From an uncultured Ruminococcus sp. (GTDB taxonomy: Bacteria; Bacillota; Clostridia; Oscillospirales; CAG-272), in contig CAJKRH010000004.1 in the NCBI GenBank assembly GCA_905202255.1, forward strand, positions 4,287 to 68,286: a stretch of DNA of 64,000 bases, given 5' to 3'. How positions within the stretch are numbered: the first letter of the stretch is position 1; every line of letters begins with the position of its first letter. Positions 35,822-46,149 of this stretch are shown one piece after another. Below the pieces are notes generated by a model. That model ran no database searches and was not told the origin of the DNA. It worked only from the letters and a program-made list of their open reading frames with translations. Made by a program: the position numbers and the translations under genes.

Positions 35822-36061
35822 TTATTCGGGTTTTGCAAAATCCTTCTCGACGAGGCTTCCTTCTTCGCCTGCCTGAAGAATCTTCACTCTCTGCTCGGCA
35901 TTGTCAAGCTCACCCGTGCAGAATTTTACAAGCCCCACGCCCTCCTCGAAAAGAGCGAGCGATTCATCGAGCTTTGCACTTCCGCTTTCCATTGCGCGCA
36001 CTATCTCCTCGAGCCTTGCGAGTGCCGTTTCGAATGTAATTTTCTTTTCCGTGTTTTCCAT
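35822..36061 (-). CDS. xseB: Exodeoxyribonuclease VII small subunit
   Basis: Start placed at MENTEKKITFETALARLEEIVRAMESG. Follows xseA. Confidence 0.9.
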   Translation of the reverse strand: MENTEKKITFETALARLEEIVRAMESGSAKLDESLALFEEGVGLVKFCTGELDNAEQRVKILQAGEEGSLVEKDFAKPE

Positions 36062-36063
36062 AT

Positions 36064-37290
36064 TTATATCTTCTCCTTTTCGTTCATCACTATGTCGCAT
36101 ACCGTCGCTCTGACGGTGCCGTCCGAGAGCATCAGCGATATGTCGCTTCCCTTTTCCACCTGCGCGGCACTTCTTATCACCGTGCCGTCGGGAGCGAAAG
36201 CAGCACCGTATCCGCGCGAGAGCACGGAGAGCGGATTCATCGCGTCCAGTTTTGCCGTTTTGCCCGCCAGAGCTGACTTTTTGCGTTCCAGAAGGAATGT
36301 TATACGATTGTATAATTTATCCTCGGCAACGCCGAGAGCCATTCTTTTGTCGTCTATGAAATTGCGCGGATCGGTGAGAGCCCGACTCTTTTTCATGCGC
36401 TCGAGCGTACTGCGCAGAAGCTCCAGCTTCTTGCCCTCGAGCAGCTCGAGCCGCGCCGTGACATTGCCGAGCTTGCGCTTCAGTTCATATCTCTCCGGCA
36501 CAGCCAGTTCAGCCGCGGCGGAAGGTGTCGGCGCGCGCCTGTCGGCGGCAAAATCGCAGAGCGTGAAGTCTATCTCATGCCCGACCGCCGAGATGACGGG
36601 CAGCTCCGATGCCGCAACCTCGCGCACAAGCGCCTCGCTGTTGAAAGCCCACAAATCCTCGAGTGAGCCGCCGCCGCGCCCGATGATGATGACATTCACA
36701 TTCTTCTTTTCATTGAAATACCGCAGTCCCTCTATCAACTGAGGTGCGGCGCTCTCTCCCTGCACAAGCGACGGATAAAGCACGACCTCCGCTATCGGAA
36801 AACGCCTGCCGAGTATATTTATGATATCGCGTATCGCCGCGCCCGTCGGCGAGGTGATGACACCTATGCGCATCGGATACCGCGGCAGTGGCTTCTTTTT
36901 TGCTTCATCGAAAAGCCCTTCTGCGCCGAGCTTGGCTTTGAGCTGCTCATATGCGATATAGAGCGCACCCACGCCGTCCGGCTCGAGTGTATCGACATAA
37001 ATCTGATACTGACCGTCGCGAACATATGCGCTGACTCTGCCGCCGACTATCACCTTCATACCGTTTTCGGGAATGAAAGCGAGCTTTGAGGCACTCGAAC
37101 GGAACATTACGGCGGCGATGCGGCTCGTCTCATCCTTGACGGTGAAATAGAAATGCCCCGATTTATGATTGGTAAAATTCGATATCTCGCCGCGGATGAA
37201 AACACGCATCAGCGCTTCGTCCGTTTCAAGCTTCATTTTTATATATTCATTCAGTGCCGTAACGGTAAAGACCTGTCGCTCTTCCGCCAT
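36064..37290 (-). CDS. xseA: Exodeoxyribonuclease VII large subunit
   Basis: 408 aa. VFTVTALNEYIK...ISNFTNHKSGHFYFTVKD OB-fold and RGGGSLEDLW. Confidence 0.93.
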   Translation of the reverse strand: MAEERQVFTVTALNEYIKMKLETDEALMRVFIRGEISNFTNHKSGHFYFTVKDETSRIAAVMFRSSASKLAFIPENGMKVIVGGRVSAYVRDGQYQIYVDTLEPDGVGALYIAYEQLKAKLGAEGLFDEAKKKPLPRYPMRIGVITSPTGAAIRDIINILGRRFPIAEVVLYPSLVQGESAAPQLIEGLRYFNEKKNVNVIIIGRGGGSLEDLWAFNSEALVREVAASELPVISAVGHEIDFTLCDFAADRRAPTPSAAAELAVPERYELKRKLGNVTARLELLEGKKLELLRSTLERMKKSRALTDPRNFIDDKRMALGVAEDKLYNRITFLLERKKSALAGKTAKLDAMNPLSVLSRGYGAAFAPDGTVIRSAAQVEKGSDISLMLSDGTVRATVCDIVMNEKEKI

Positions 37291-38213
37291 TATCTTCCCT
37301 CCTTCAGCGCTTCCAGCCCGAGATATGCCGTGCCGACGGCATTGTCGGAGGAAAGCTCGTTTTCGGCGAAATAAATATTCTCCATCTCGCCCGTAAGCCT
37401 GTCTCTTATTATATTGTCGCGCATCACGCCGCCTGCGTAAAGTATCGGCAGGCTCCGGTGTGCTTCTCTTGCGTATCTGCTCATCCCGAGTATCGTCTCG
37501 CAGACGAAATCTATCGCGTATCTCGCGATGTTTTCCGCCGCTTCGCCAGAGTTATACATCTGTATAATTTTATTCTCCGCACCCGAGAGGTTGCAGCTAC
37601 CGTTTTTTATACAGGTGTGTAATTTTGTTGTTTTTCCTTGCACGGCAAGCTTTTCCAGCTCCATGCCGCAGGGAAACTTCAGCCCGAGCAGCACGCCTGC
37701 GCGGTCAATAAGCTGACCCGCGTTTATATCCAGCGTCTCGCCGACTATGGCGACATCAAAACCGACAGCTTTCCTTTTCACATGGAGAAGCTCCGTCGTG
37801 CCTCCCGAGATATGAAATGCGAGAAATTCTCTCCCGAGCGCTTCTTCGCCCGCCTCGCAACTTTTGAGCGCCGCCATGATATGCCCCGCCTGGTGGGAAA
37901 AGGCAAAGAGCGGCACGCCTGCGGCGGAAGCCGCCGCCGTCGCGGCGGCTTTGCCCGCGAGAAAGCAAGGCATATATGAGCCTTCGATATCGCGCGGCTT
38001 TTCGCTGTAGGAAACGGCATCTGTCTTTCCGATATCAAGCTCCGAAAAGAGCCGAGGAAGATTTACTGTATGCAAAAAGAGAGCGTCGCTCTGCCGCAAT
38101 CCACGCTCCCCCGTTTTTACCTCAAGTATTGTTCTCCCGTGTCGGTATCCCGTCTCGTCGGCAACCGCTATAGATGTTGTATAGTTGCTTGTATCTATGC
38201 CGAGAACTCTCAT
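37290..38213 (-). CDS. Kae1/TsaD-like (peptidase M22 / glycoprotease family) protein
   Basis: 307 aa. MRVLGIDTSNYTTSIAV and FSHQAGHIMAA (HxxGH) motifs. Confidence 0.6.
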   Translation of the reverse strand: MRVLGIDTSNYTTSIAVADETGYRHGRTILEVKTGERGLRQSDALFLHTVNLPRLFSELDIGKTDAVSYSEKPRDIEGSYMPCFLAGKAAATAAASAAGVPLFAFSHQAGHIMAALKSCEAGEEALGREFLAFHISGGTTELLHVKRKAVGFDVAIVGETLDINAGQLIDRAGVLLGLKFPCGMELEKLAVQGKTTKLHTCIKNGSCNLSGAENKIIQMYNSGEAAENIARYAIDFVCETILGMSRYAREAHRSLPILYAGGVMRDNIIRDRLTGEMENIYFAENELSSDNAVGTAYLGLEALKEGR

Positions 38214-38681
38214 TTATTCCCCGTCCCCCGACGCCTGCGCTTCCGGAGCCGCGGTGCTCTCTTCCGCCGCTTTGTCCCTTGCCGATTTGGCTATGGCATT
38301 GAGTATACCGTTTATAAAGGAAGGCGCCTTGCTGTCGTCATAAGCCTTTGCTATCTCGACAGCCTCATTTATCGCTATCTCAACAGGAACATCCGTATAG
38401 AGCAGTTCATATGCGCACACGCGCATGACGGCAAGCGAAATTTTTGAAATTCTGCTTATTTTCCAGCCTGTCGCATTCTCCGCGATGACCGAGTCAAGCT
38501 TCTCACGGTTATTGCAGACACCGAAAAAAAGCTCCTTTGTAAATGAATCCGCCGGGAGCTCATGCTCCGAAACGGCAAGCTCCAGAAATTTTTCCGGATC
38601 TTCGTCCCTGTTTACGGAGCAGGCATATACGAGCCTGACCGCACTTTCTCTCGCCATGTGGCGAGTTAACCTTTTTGCCAT
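38214..38681 (-). CDS. nusB: Transcription antitermination factor NusB
   Basis: 155 aa. RESAVRLVYA... and AVMRVCAYELLYTDVPVEIAINEAVEIAK. Confidence 0.92.
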   Translation of the reverse strand: MAKRLTRHMARESAVRLVYACSVNRDEDPEKFLELAVSEHELPADSFTKELFFGVCNNREKLDSVIAENATGWKISRISKISLAVMRVCAYELLYTDVPVEIAINEAVEIAKAYDDSKAPSFINGILNAIAKSARDKAAEESTAAPEAQASGDGE

Positions 38682-38819
38682 ATATCTCTCCTGAAAAAAA
38701 TACCTGATTTTGTCTTTCCTTTATTATACACGCGAAAGAGCAAAAAGTCAATATACTACCGCCACAAAGCATGCGGTGAATTTTTTTGAAGAAAATATGA
38801 ACTTTTTTTCAAAAACCCC

Positions 38820-38848
38820 TTTACAAATGCGGAAACTTGTGATATAAT
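38820..38848 (+). promoter_or_regulatory. pyr promoter
   Basis: TTTACA, 17-nt spacer, TATAAT. Confidence 0.6.
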
Positions 38849-38874
38849 CTTTGAGAAATTTGAAAAAACCTTTT

Positions 38875-38985
38875 TAATTCGGCACAGAGAGGTCGACAAG
38901 GGGATTATATACAGAAAGTATAGCCATATACTTTTATTATGTAAATTTGCGCCTTGCCGATTTCCGGCAAGGTTTTATTTTTGCA
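38875..38985 (+). promoter_or_regulatory. PyrR-binding attenuator
   Basis: GGCACAGAGAGGTCG matches the PyrR binding-loop consensus (..CAGAGAGG..). The terminator CCTTGCCG-ATTTC-CGGCAAGG plus TTTTATTTTT (38951-38982) lies just before the pyrR RBS. Confidence 0.7.
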
Positions 38986-39000
38986 AAAAAGGAGCGTATC

Positions 39001-39537
39001 ATGGGAAAAATTCTTTTCGATTCATCTGCCATAGAGCGTATGCTTGCACGGATAGCGCATGAAATAATCGAGAAAAACGAAAATCTCGATAAGGTCGCTC
39101 TCGTCGGCGTGCTTCGCCGCGGCGTTCCGCTTGCCGAAAGGATAGCGGAAAATATAGAGCGTTTTGAAGGAGTGAAGCTTCCCGTAGGCAAGCTCGATAT
39201 CACACTCTACCGCGATGATCTCTCCGAGCTTTCCGATATGCCGAAAATCAAAGGGAACGAAATCGATTTCGATATAAACGGAAAAATAATCATCATAGTC
39301 GATGATGTCATATTTACGGGAAGAACGGTCCGCGCCGCGATAGACGCGCTCTTCGATATCGGCAGACCGAAGCGAATACAGCTTGTTTCGCTTATTGACC
39401 GCGGGCACAGAGAGCTTCCCATAAAGCCCGACTATGTAGGCAAAAATATCCCGACTTCCCTTTCCGAGAAGATAGCGCTGAAGATTCCCCCTTTCGACAG
39501 CGAAATGAGTGTGGAAATAAGCCCGCTTGACGAATGA
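39001..39537 (+). CDS. pyrR: Bifunctional pyr mRNA-binding attenuation protein / uracil phosphoribosyltransferase
   Basis: Start placed at [26 protein letters not shown] motif [13 protein letters not shown]. Confidence 0.93.
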   Translation: MGKILFDSSAIERMLARIAHEIIEKNENLDKVALVGVLRRGVPLAERIAENIERFEGVKLPVGKLDITLYRDDLSELSDMPKIKGNEIDFDINGKIIIIVDDVIFTGRTVRAAIDALFDIGRPKRIQLVSLIDRGHRELPIKPDYVGKNIPTSLSEKIALKIPPFDSEMSVEISPLDE

Positions 39538-39587
39538 ATTTATGCGCTCTGCGCTTAAATTATAAAAAAACCACGGAGGAAAAACAA

Positions 39588-40976
39588 ATGAAATTAATTT
39601 ACGGTGTAAAAGACAAGCCGAAATTCGGGCAGACGCTCGTTTTCGCATTCCAGCAGCTGCTCGCGATTCTTGCGGCAACGATAGCTGTTCCCACCATAGT
39701 CGGTAACGGTATGTCGTCCTCGGCAGCACTCTTCGGCGCGGGCGTAGGTACGCTTGTTTATCTGCTCTTTACCAAGTTCAGAAGCCCTGTATTCGTCGGC
39801 TCTTCATTCGCATTCATCGGCCCCATGCTCTCTGCTTTCGCAGGTGCAGCTTCGGCATCGCTCGGATATGTAGGTCTTATCCTCGGTGCGGTTTTCGCAG
39901 GTCTCGTTTATGTTGTTCTCGCAATCATAGTCAAGCTTGCAGGCGTAAACTGGATAAATAAGCTCATGCCCGCAGTAGTAATCGGTCCTACAGTCTCCAT
40001 CATCGGTCTTTCGCTCGCGGGTAATGCCGTAGGCGACCTTCAGAAAGGCAATGTAACTCACATGGTCGATGGAGCGGCAGTACAGAGCGCATCTGTTTAC
40101 CTTTGCATCCTCTGTGGTCTCGTAACCCTCGCAACAGTCATCATCTGCTCTGTTTTCGGCAAGAAGATGGCAAGAATGATTCCTTTCATAATCGGTATCG
40201 TGGCAGGCTACGGTCTCGCCGCACTCTTCACGGTAATCGGTAATTTAACAGATACAGCCGCTCTTCAGATAATAAACTTCTCCGCTTTCAAGAATATGCA
40301 GTGGTATCCCGACTTCACATTCATTGAGGCTCTCAAAGGCGTAAAGGAAATCAACGGTGCCTATGTAGCTTCCATAGCAGTGGCATATGTTCCCGTAGCA
40401 CTCGTGGTATTCGCAGAGCACATCGCAGACCACAAGAACCTCTCCAGCATCATCGAGCAGGATCTGCTTGAAAACCCCGGACTTTCCAGAACTCTCCTCG
40501 GCGACGGTGTAGGCTCAATGGCAGGCGCTTTCTTCGGCGGATGCCCCAACACAACATACGGCGAATCCGTCGGTTGTGTCGCAATATCCGGCAATGCCTC
40601 CGTGGTAACGATACTTACCACCGCGATAATGGCAATAGTAGTCTCATTCTTCGCTCCCTTTGTAACCTTCCTTTCCACTATCCCCTCCTGTGTAATGGGC
40701 GGTGTGTGCATCGCACTCTACGGCTTCATCGCGGTATCGGGTCTCAAGATGCTCCAGCCTGTCGACCTCAACGATAACAGAAATCTCTTCGTGGCTTCCA
40801 CTATACTCATCACAGGTATCGGCGGTCTCTCCCTCACATTCGGCAAGGTAACGATAACAACCATCGCCTGCGCTCTCATCCTCGGCATACTCGTAAATCT
40901 CCTCACAAACAGCAAGAGAGAAAACGAGCCCTGCGAGGACCTCGTAGAAGAAGAGCCGAAATGCTCAAAGAAATAA
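39588..40976 (+). CDS. pyrP: Uracil/xanthine permease (NCS2 family)
   Basis: Start placed at MKLIYGVKDKPKFGQTLVFAFQQLLA. About 12 TM segments. GESVGCVAISG-type motif. A terminator follows at about 41000-41030. Confidence 0.88.
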   Translation: MKLIYGVKDKPKFGQTLVFAFQQLLAILAATIAVPTIVGNGMSSSAALFGAGVGTLVYLLFTKFRSPVFVGSSFAFIGPMLSAFAGAASASLGYVGLILGAVFAGLVYVVLAIIVKLAGVNWINKLMPAVVIGPTVSIIGLSLAGNAVGDLQKGNVTHMVDGAAVQSASVYLCILCGLVTLATVIICSVFGKKMARMIPFIIGIVAGYGLAALFTVIGNLTDTAALQIINFSAFKNMQWYPDFTFIEALKGVKEINGAYVASIAVAYVPVALVVFAEHIADHKNLSSIIEQDLLENPGLSRTLLGDGVGSMAGAFFGGCPNTTYGESVGCVAISGNASVVTILTTAIMAIVVSFFAPFVTFLSTIPSCVMGGVCIALYGFIAVSGLKMLQPVDLNDNRNLFVASTILITGIGGLSLTFGKVTITTIACALILGILVNLLTNSKRENEPCEDLVEEEPKCSKK

Positions 40977-41035
40977 GCTGAAAAATAAATAAAAATATCG
41001 GCGTCCGCAGGGACGCCGATATTTTTTATTTCGTT

Positions 41036-41611
41036 TTATTTCGTGTAGAAAGTCTGCTTCGGTCCCGTATCGCGCATGAGCGTATCTGGCGAGCGAAACT
41101 TAAAAATATATAATATCGTATCATAGAGGTCGCCTGCACATCCGCCGATATGCATGGCAAGAAGCACGGCGCAGTAAAATTTATCCCACGCGTTTGCAAA
41201 AAGGAAAGACGGAATGAGAAAAACGGGAGTGAACACGACAAAAGGTGCAAGGAGCGCTGTCATCGCCGCTTTTCTGTAGACATAGATATCGGGCACACCG
41301 CAGTACGCGACCGAAAGCGTAAAACCGAAAGTGAGCTTTCTTCCCGTTGTCAGCTTGTATGCGGCGCCGTGCGTCAGCTCGTGCAGTACGATATACAGAA
41401 GCATAGCTACGATTAAAATGATGCTGTGCAGAAAGTCGTAGTTTTCAAAATAATTCTTCGGCTTGATGATAAGCCATGCGATGGCGATTACCGCCGCCGT
41501 TATCGCAAAGCAGGCGAGATTCATGAGAAGCACGGTTTTTCCCTTTTTCGCATCCACCGTATATGCCTCGGAGTATCCCTCGGGAAGCTCGGTTTCATAA
41601 GATTTTTTCAT
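41036..41611 (-). CDS. DUF3267-like putative zinc metalloprotease (membrane)
   Basis: Start placed at MKKSYETELPEGY, with an AAGGAG RBS. HELTHG motif between TM helices. Confidence 0.6.
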   Translation of the reverse strand: MKKSYETELPEGYSEAYTVDAKKGKTVLLMNLACFAITAAVIAIAWLIIKPKNYFENYDFLHSIILIVAMLLYIVLHELTHGAAYKLTTGRKLTFGFTLSVAYCGVPDIYVYRKAAMTALLAPFVVFTPVFLIPSFLFANAWDKFYCAVLLAMHIGGCAGDLYDTILYIFKFRSPDTLMRDTGPKQTFYTK

Positions 41612-41664
41612 GATGTTTCTCCTTTGTATATGCAAAATGCCGCAATGCGGCATTTTGCTATATG

Positions 41665-42249
41665 TTATTTTACCTTTTCGCCGCTTTTTATCGCTCTCGA
41701 CCAGCATTTATGGCACATGGCTACATAGCTGTCGTTTCCGCCGATGAAAACCTGACTGCCCGATGTTATCACATGACCATCGGAATCGATGCGCGCATTG
41801 ACTATCGCCTTTGCGCCGCAGGAGCATATGGTTTTTATCTCCGTTATCGAATCGGCTATCTCGAGAAGCCGCCTGCTCCCTGGGAAAAGATGCGTCATAA
41901 AGTCTGTGCGCAGTCCGAAGCAAAGCACGGGAATATTGCGGAAATTGACTATCTCGCGCAACTCGTCTATCTGCTCGGGCGTGAAAAACTGGCATTCGTC
42001 CGTGATTATGACATCTATCCCGCTCATTTTATCGAGCAGGGCGATGATGCTCTCCTCATGAGAGATGATATCCGCCTTTGCCGAGAGACCTATGCGCGAG
42101 GCGATAATCCCCGCGCCGTCGCGCGTGTCGGTCGACGGCTTTATCAGCCAGACGCGCATTCCGCGCTCTTCGTAATTGAATTTTGTTATCAGCGCGTTTG
42201 CGGATTTCGATGAACCCATCGCGCCGTATTTGAAATAAAGCTTAGCCAT
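41665..42249 (-). CDS. tdk: Thymidine kinase
   Basis: 194 aa. GAMGSSKS P-loop, DECQFF, and zinc ribbon CSCG...CHKC. Confidence 0.95.
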   Translation of the reverse strand: MAKLYFKYGAMGSSKSANALITKFNYEERGMRVWLIKPSTDTRDGAGIIASRIGLSAKADIISHEESIIALLDKMSGIDVIITDECQFFTPEQIDELREIVNFRNIPVLCFGLRTDFMTHLFPGSRRLLEIADSITEIKTICSCGAKAIVNARIDSDGHVITSGSQVFIGGNDSYVAMCHKCWSRAIKSGEKVK

Positions 42250-42251
42250 GA

Positions 42252-44531
42252 TTATTTCCTTCCTAGATGAACGGTAATCTTCAGTGTCTCTCCCATGGTT
42301 GCGGGAACGATATTGTTTTCATAGCTTACGGGTTTGCCGTTTATCTCCATGGCGAGAACATCGCTTCCCTCTCCGTTTCCGAGGAAAGTTATCTCATAGC
42401 GGCAGGAGCGGAATACCTTTGTTATCTTACTGCTCTTCCATGAGAGCGGCAGGCAGGGATCTATGCGCAGACCACTAAGCTCCGCGTGCAGACCGAAAAC
42501 ATATTCCGTTATGCTCTTGAGCATCCATGAGCTCGAAGCCGTTCTCCAGCTCTGACCGGGCGTGCCCGCGCGGTAGCCTGTTTCGGGTGCGAAATAAGAA
42601 TTGAACATCGCATAAGGCTCGCCGCATTTTACGGCATAATCCATGTCTGAGGGGAGCATCTTCTTTATGCCCTCTTCCACGCGGTCGGGACGGCGGAGAA
42701 TGCTGTCCACGGCAAGTTTCCATGCGGAGGGATGCAGGTAGATACCGCCGTTATCCTGAACGCCGGGCATCTTTTCCGCCATGGAGCCGATATAGCTGTA
42801 CTGATGAGAATATGCGGGATAAGCAAGGCGTATGCCGAGATCCGTCTCGAGTATCTCCTCCGCCTTGTCCATGGCACCTGCGGCGCGTTCGCCCATGCCG
42901 GCAAAAACAGACCAGAGCTGCGGGATGAGGAATATTCTTCCCTCTTCGCAGTCGGAGGCACCCATCTTTATATCGTCATCGGTGCGGGCGTAAATATAGT
43001 AGCCGCCTTTTTCGTCCCAGCCGTATTCGTTTATGCGGCGCTCCATGATTGCGGCGCGCTCGCGCGCAAGCTTGGCATCAGCACTCTTGCCGAGCCAGTC
43101 GGCGATTTCCGCAAGCATTTTCGCGGCGCGTACCCATGCTATCGAGAGCCATACGGAAACGCCCTTGCCGCCCAGACCCGCATAGTTTACGCAGTCGTTC
43201 CAGTCGCCGCCCCATATGCGGACAAGACCATACAAACCTTGGAAATTGTAGAGATAATCCACAGAGCGGCGGATATGCTCGTAAACAGAGCCGCACGAAC
43301 CGTTATTGAACTTGACTTCTTCAAGCAGAAGTTCGGGCTTGCCGAGCTCGCGGATTATCGTATGAACGGCAAATGTCATCCATACGGTATTGTCGGCAAA
43401 ATTTCTGTCGGCGATATTGCCGCCTATTATCGTTCTCGGCGCATAGCCGTTTTCATACTGATAGGAAAGCACGCGCTTCATGCGCTCCCATGCGAGCGTG
43501 GGATTTATCGCGGCGAGACATTCCGTGTCGCTTGTCATATCGCGATATCCGTTGTGACGCACGCGTGCCCAGCGGCTGCCCATATCCGTGGCGTAACGGA
43601 GCCAGCCGTTGTAGAGATAATTGAGATGTTCGATAGGCGTCTCTATCTCGACATCGTGCAGGCGGAGCGCATATTTCTTCTCCATCTCGGCAAATTCGCT
43701 CGCAACGGATTCGTCAGTGGGACGGAGAATTTCATCCTCGGAGAGTGCCGCGCCGACTATATAATGAACCGTCCTGCTCTCGCCCGCGCCGAGCGTGAGC
43801 GTATTTTCGAGAACATAGCAGAGCTTTTCGGAATTGCAGTCGCTTCCCGTACAGCCGCTTCCCTTGCGCAGAGCGACGGGATGCTGTTCGTCTCCGTAGG
43901 GACCGATGAATGCGTTTCTTCTCGCATCGAAGCCCGTCGCCTCCTCGGAGGAAGCCATATAACCCCATACAGGACGGTTGCGCTTACTGTAGAAAGGCAT
44001 ATAGTATCTGCCGAAAACGGCGTTTTTCGCCTTATTGAAGCCGCCCCATGCGAGATTGTAGCCCTGCGGCTTGTAGGGGTCGTCCAGTTCTGTTTTCGCA
44101 TAGGAAATGACTTTCAGCTCGCGCGCCTTATCGGAATTGTTTGTGAGCGTGACGCTCCATATCTCGTATTTGCCCTCGTTCGGCACGAAAATGCGGACAG
44201 CGCTCTTTACATCATTATATAAAAGGGAGATGGCACTGCTTCCGTTGCTGTGAGCGCAGGAAAAATCAGTGTAGCCGTAGCCTATCGGCAGACCGAAAGC
44301 GCTCCATGAGTTCTCACCCTCGCAGATGAAAATGTTTCTGTTTGAGAGGAGCGGGATTCTTCTGCCCATGTCGTCCTGCGCAAAACCCTCGCCGAAGCCG
44401 ACCTGCGATGTGAAGGTGACATACTCGTCATTATACATATAATTATACCAGTGGCGGGGAGTCTCCGGCTCCGTTATCACAAAGGTGGAACCGTCGCCCT
44501 CGAAATGTCCGTACCATTTGTATCCGTTCAT
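42252..44531 (-). CDS. GH94-like glycoside phosphorylase/hydrolase ((alpha/alpha)6-barrel, cellobiose/chitobiose phosphorylase type)
   Basis: 759 aa with no signal peptide. WGGDWNDCVN motif and overall size fit this family. Assignment is by eye. Confidence 0.55.
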   Translation of the reverse strand: MNGYKWYGHFEGDGSTFVITEPETPRHWYNYMYNDEYVTFTSQVGFGEGFAQDDMGRRIPLLSNRNIFICEGENSWSAFGLPIGYGYTDFSCAHSNGSSAISLLYNDVKSAVRIFVPNEGKYEIWSVTLTNNSDKARELKVISYAKTELDDPYKPQGYNLAWGGFNKAKNAVFGRYYMPFYSKRNRPVWGYMASSEEATGFDARRNAFIGPYGDEQHPVALRKGSGCTGSDCNSEKLCYVLENTLTLGAGESRTVHYIVGAALSEDEILRPTDESVASEFAEMEKKYALRLHDVEIETPIEHLNYLYNGWLRYATDMGSRWARVRHNGYRDMTSDTECLAAINPTLAWERMKRVLSYQYENGYAPRTIIGGNIADRNFADNTVWMTFAVHTIIRELGKPELLLEEVKFNNGSCGSVYEHIRRSVDYLYNFQGLYGLVRIWGGDWNDCVNYAGLGGKGVSVWLSIAWVRAAKMLAEIADWLGKSADAKLARERAAIMERRINEYGWDEKGGYYIYARTDDDIKMGASDCEEGRIFLIPQLWSVFAGMGERAAGAMDKAEEILETDLGIRLAYPAYSHQYSYIGSMAEKMPGVQDNGGIYLHPSAWKLAVDSILRRPDRVEEGIKKMLPSDMDYAVKCGEPYAMFNSYFAPETGYRAGTPGQSWRTASSSWMLKSITEYVFGLHAELSGLRIDPCLPLSWKSSKITKVFRSCRYEITFLGNGEGSDVLAMEINGKPVSYENNIVPATMGETLKITVHLGRK

Positions 44532-44723
44532 AAGAAAAAATCTCCTGTGAAATTATTTTTTTGGCTTAATACATTCATTATAGCGTTTCTGGCGCGGAAT
44601 TTCAATACAAAAAGCCCCGAAATTTTTGTATTTTTACGCTTTTTTTAATAAAATCAAAAATCATATTGCCAAAAAGGCGGTTTTATGGTAATATGATAGA
44701 AACGAAAGTCGGGGAGGTGCGAA

Positions 44724-45563
44724 TTGAAGAATAAAGCTAAAGCGACAGCTTCGCTTGCATCTGTGGCAATGTTATGTCATATGCTTCTCCATATAGCAAG
44801 CTCTGCCCTGCTGTCAGGGTTGCACGGCGCCGTCAGAATCGGCATTTCCATACTGTTTACGGTGCTTCGGCTCGGCATACCGATACTCATAATGAAATTC
44901 GGCGGCAAAAAGCTCGCTCTCGGAGACTATTCATGCAATGTCTCTTTTGGCGGCTCGGAATATTTTGCGGTGTTTGCCGCAAGCTTCACGGCGATATTTC
45001 TTTTTGGTCTTGCCTATTCGCTGATTTTCCCATCCAAGTCATCGGCTGTTCCGGATACATCGCTCGAGCGCATTCTTTCCGCAGTGCTTCTGATAGCTCT
45101 GCCGGCATTTCTCGAGGAATATCTGATGCGCCGCATGATAGCGGGAAAACTTGCCGTATACAACAGATCTGCCGCGATGATAATCTCCGCGCTTCTCTTC
45201 GCCCTGATGCATTTCTCTGCGGAAAAGTTCCCTTATACATTCGTTTGCGGTCTGATTCTCGGAGCGACTTATCTGAAAACAGGCTCGTTTGTCATCGTCA
45301 TGGCTGTGCATTTTCTGAATAATCTGACAGCCTATGCCTCCGGTGTGCTCTCGGCTTTCTGCACGGCGCGCACCTGCAATATCGTAACGCTTGCTTTCGC
45401 CGCCGCGTGCCTCGCGGTAACTCTCATCATGATGCCGCGCCTTATGCGCGCGCTGAAAAAAGAGTCTGCGCAGGATGCCGAAACGGGCGCGACGGAGATG
45501 CTCTCTCCCGTGTTTTTCCTGTATGTGATTTCAGCCATGGTTCATCAGATTTTCTTCAAGTGA
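44724..45563 (+). CDS. CPBP-family intramembrane glutamic endopeptidase (CAAX protease/Abi)
   Basis: TTG start with GGAGG 7 nt upstream. EEYLMRR, FALMHF and HFLNN motifs. Confidence 0.85.
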   Translation: MKNKAKATASLASVAMLCHMLLHIASSALLSGLHGAVRIGISILFTVLRLGIPILIMKFGGKKLALGDYSCNVSFGGSEYFAVFAASFTAIFLFGLAYSLIFPSKSSAVPDTSLERILSAVLLIALPAFLEEYLMRRMIAGKLAVYNRSAAMIISALLFALMHFSAEKFPYTFVCGLILGATYLKTGSFVIVMAVHFLNNLTAYASGVLSAFCTARTCNIVTLAFAAACLAVTLIMMPRLMRALKKESAQDAETGATEMLSPVFFLYVISAMVHQIFFK

Positions 45564-45570
45564 GGTACAT

Positions 45571-46035
45571 ATGGAAGAAAAATACATGCTCGAAGCGATA
45601 GAAGAGGCAAAAAAAGCGGCGGCTCTGCTCGAAACGCCCGTCGGTGCCGTCATAGTATGCGACGGTGTGATAGTCGGCAGAGGCTACAATACGAGAGAAA
45701 CGGACAAAAACGCGCTTTGTCACGCCGAAATCAAGGCAATAGACGAAGCATGCCGCACGCTCGGCGGCTGGCGACTGCATAAATGCGATATGTATGTCAC
45801 GCTCGAGCCCTGCCCGATGTGTGCGGGCGCGATAATAAATGCCCGCATCAGGCGCGTTTTTTTCGGTGCGCGGGATGAAAAGGCAGGCTCTTTCGGCACC
45901 AAAACGGATTTTCTCGCAGTCGGCTACAATCATAAGCCCGAGGTGACGGGCGGACTGATGGAGGACGAATGTTCCCGTCTTTTATCGGATTTTTTCATAA
46001 AATTGCGGGAATTGAAAAAATCGCACAAAAAATGA
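45571..46035 (+). CDS. tadA: tRNA adenosine(34) deaminase
   Basis: 154 aa. HAEIKAI and PCPMCAGA motifs. Confidence 0.95.
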   Translation: MEEKYMLEAIEEAKKAAALLETPVGAVIVCDGVIVGRGYNTRETDKNALCHAEIKAIDEACRTLGGWRLHKCDMYVTLEPCPMCAGAIINARIRRVFFGARDEKAGSFGTKTDFLAVGYNHKPEVTGGLMEDECSRLLSDFFIKLRELKKSHKK

Positions 46036-46149
46036 CAGAATAATTTTATGCTTTTCTTTAAGAAAAGATTTGACAATTGAACAAAAGAGTGGTATAATAC
46101 AATTGTATTAAGGTATCGCTCGTGATACAAAAAAACAGGAGTTGGAAAA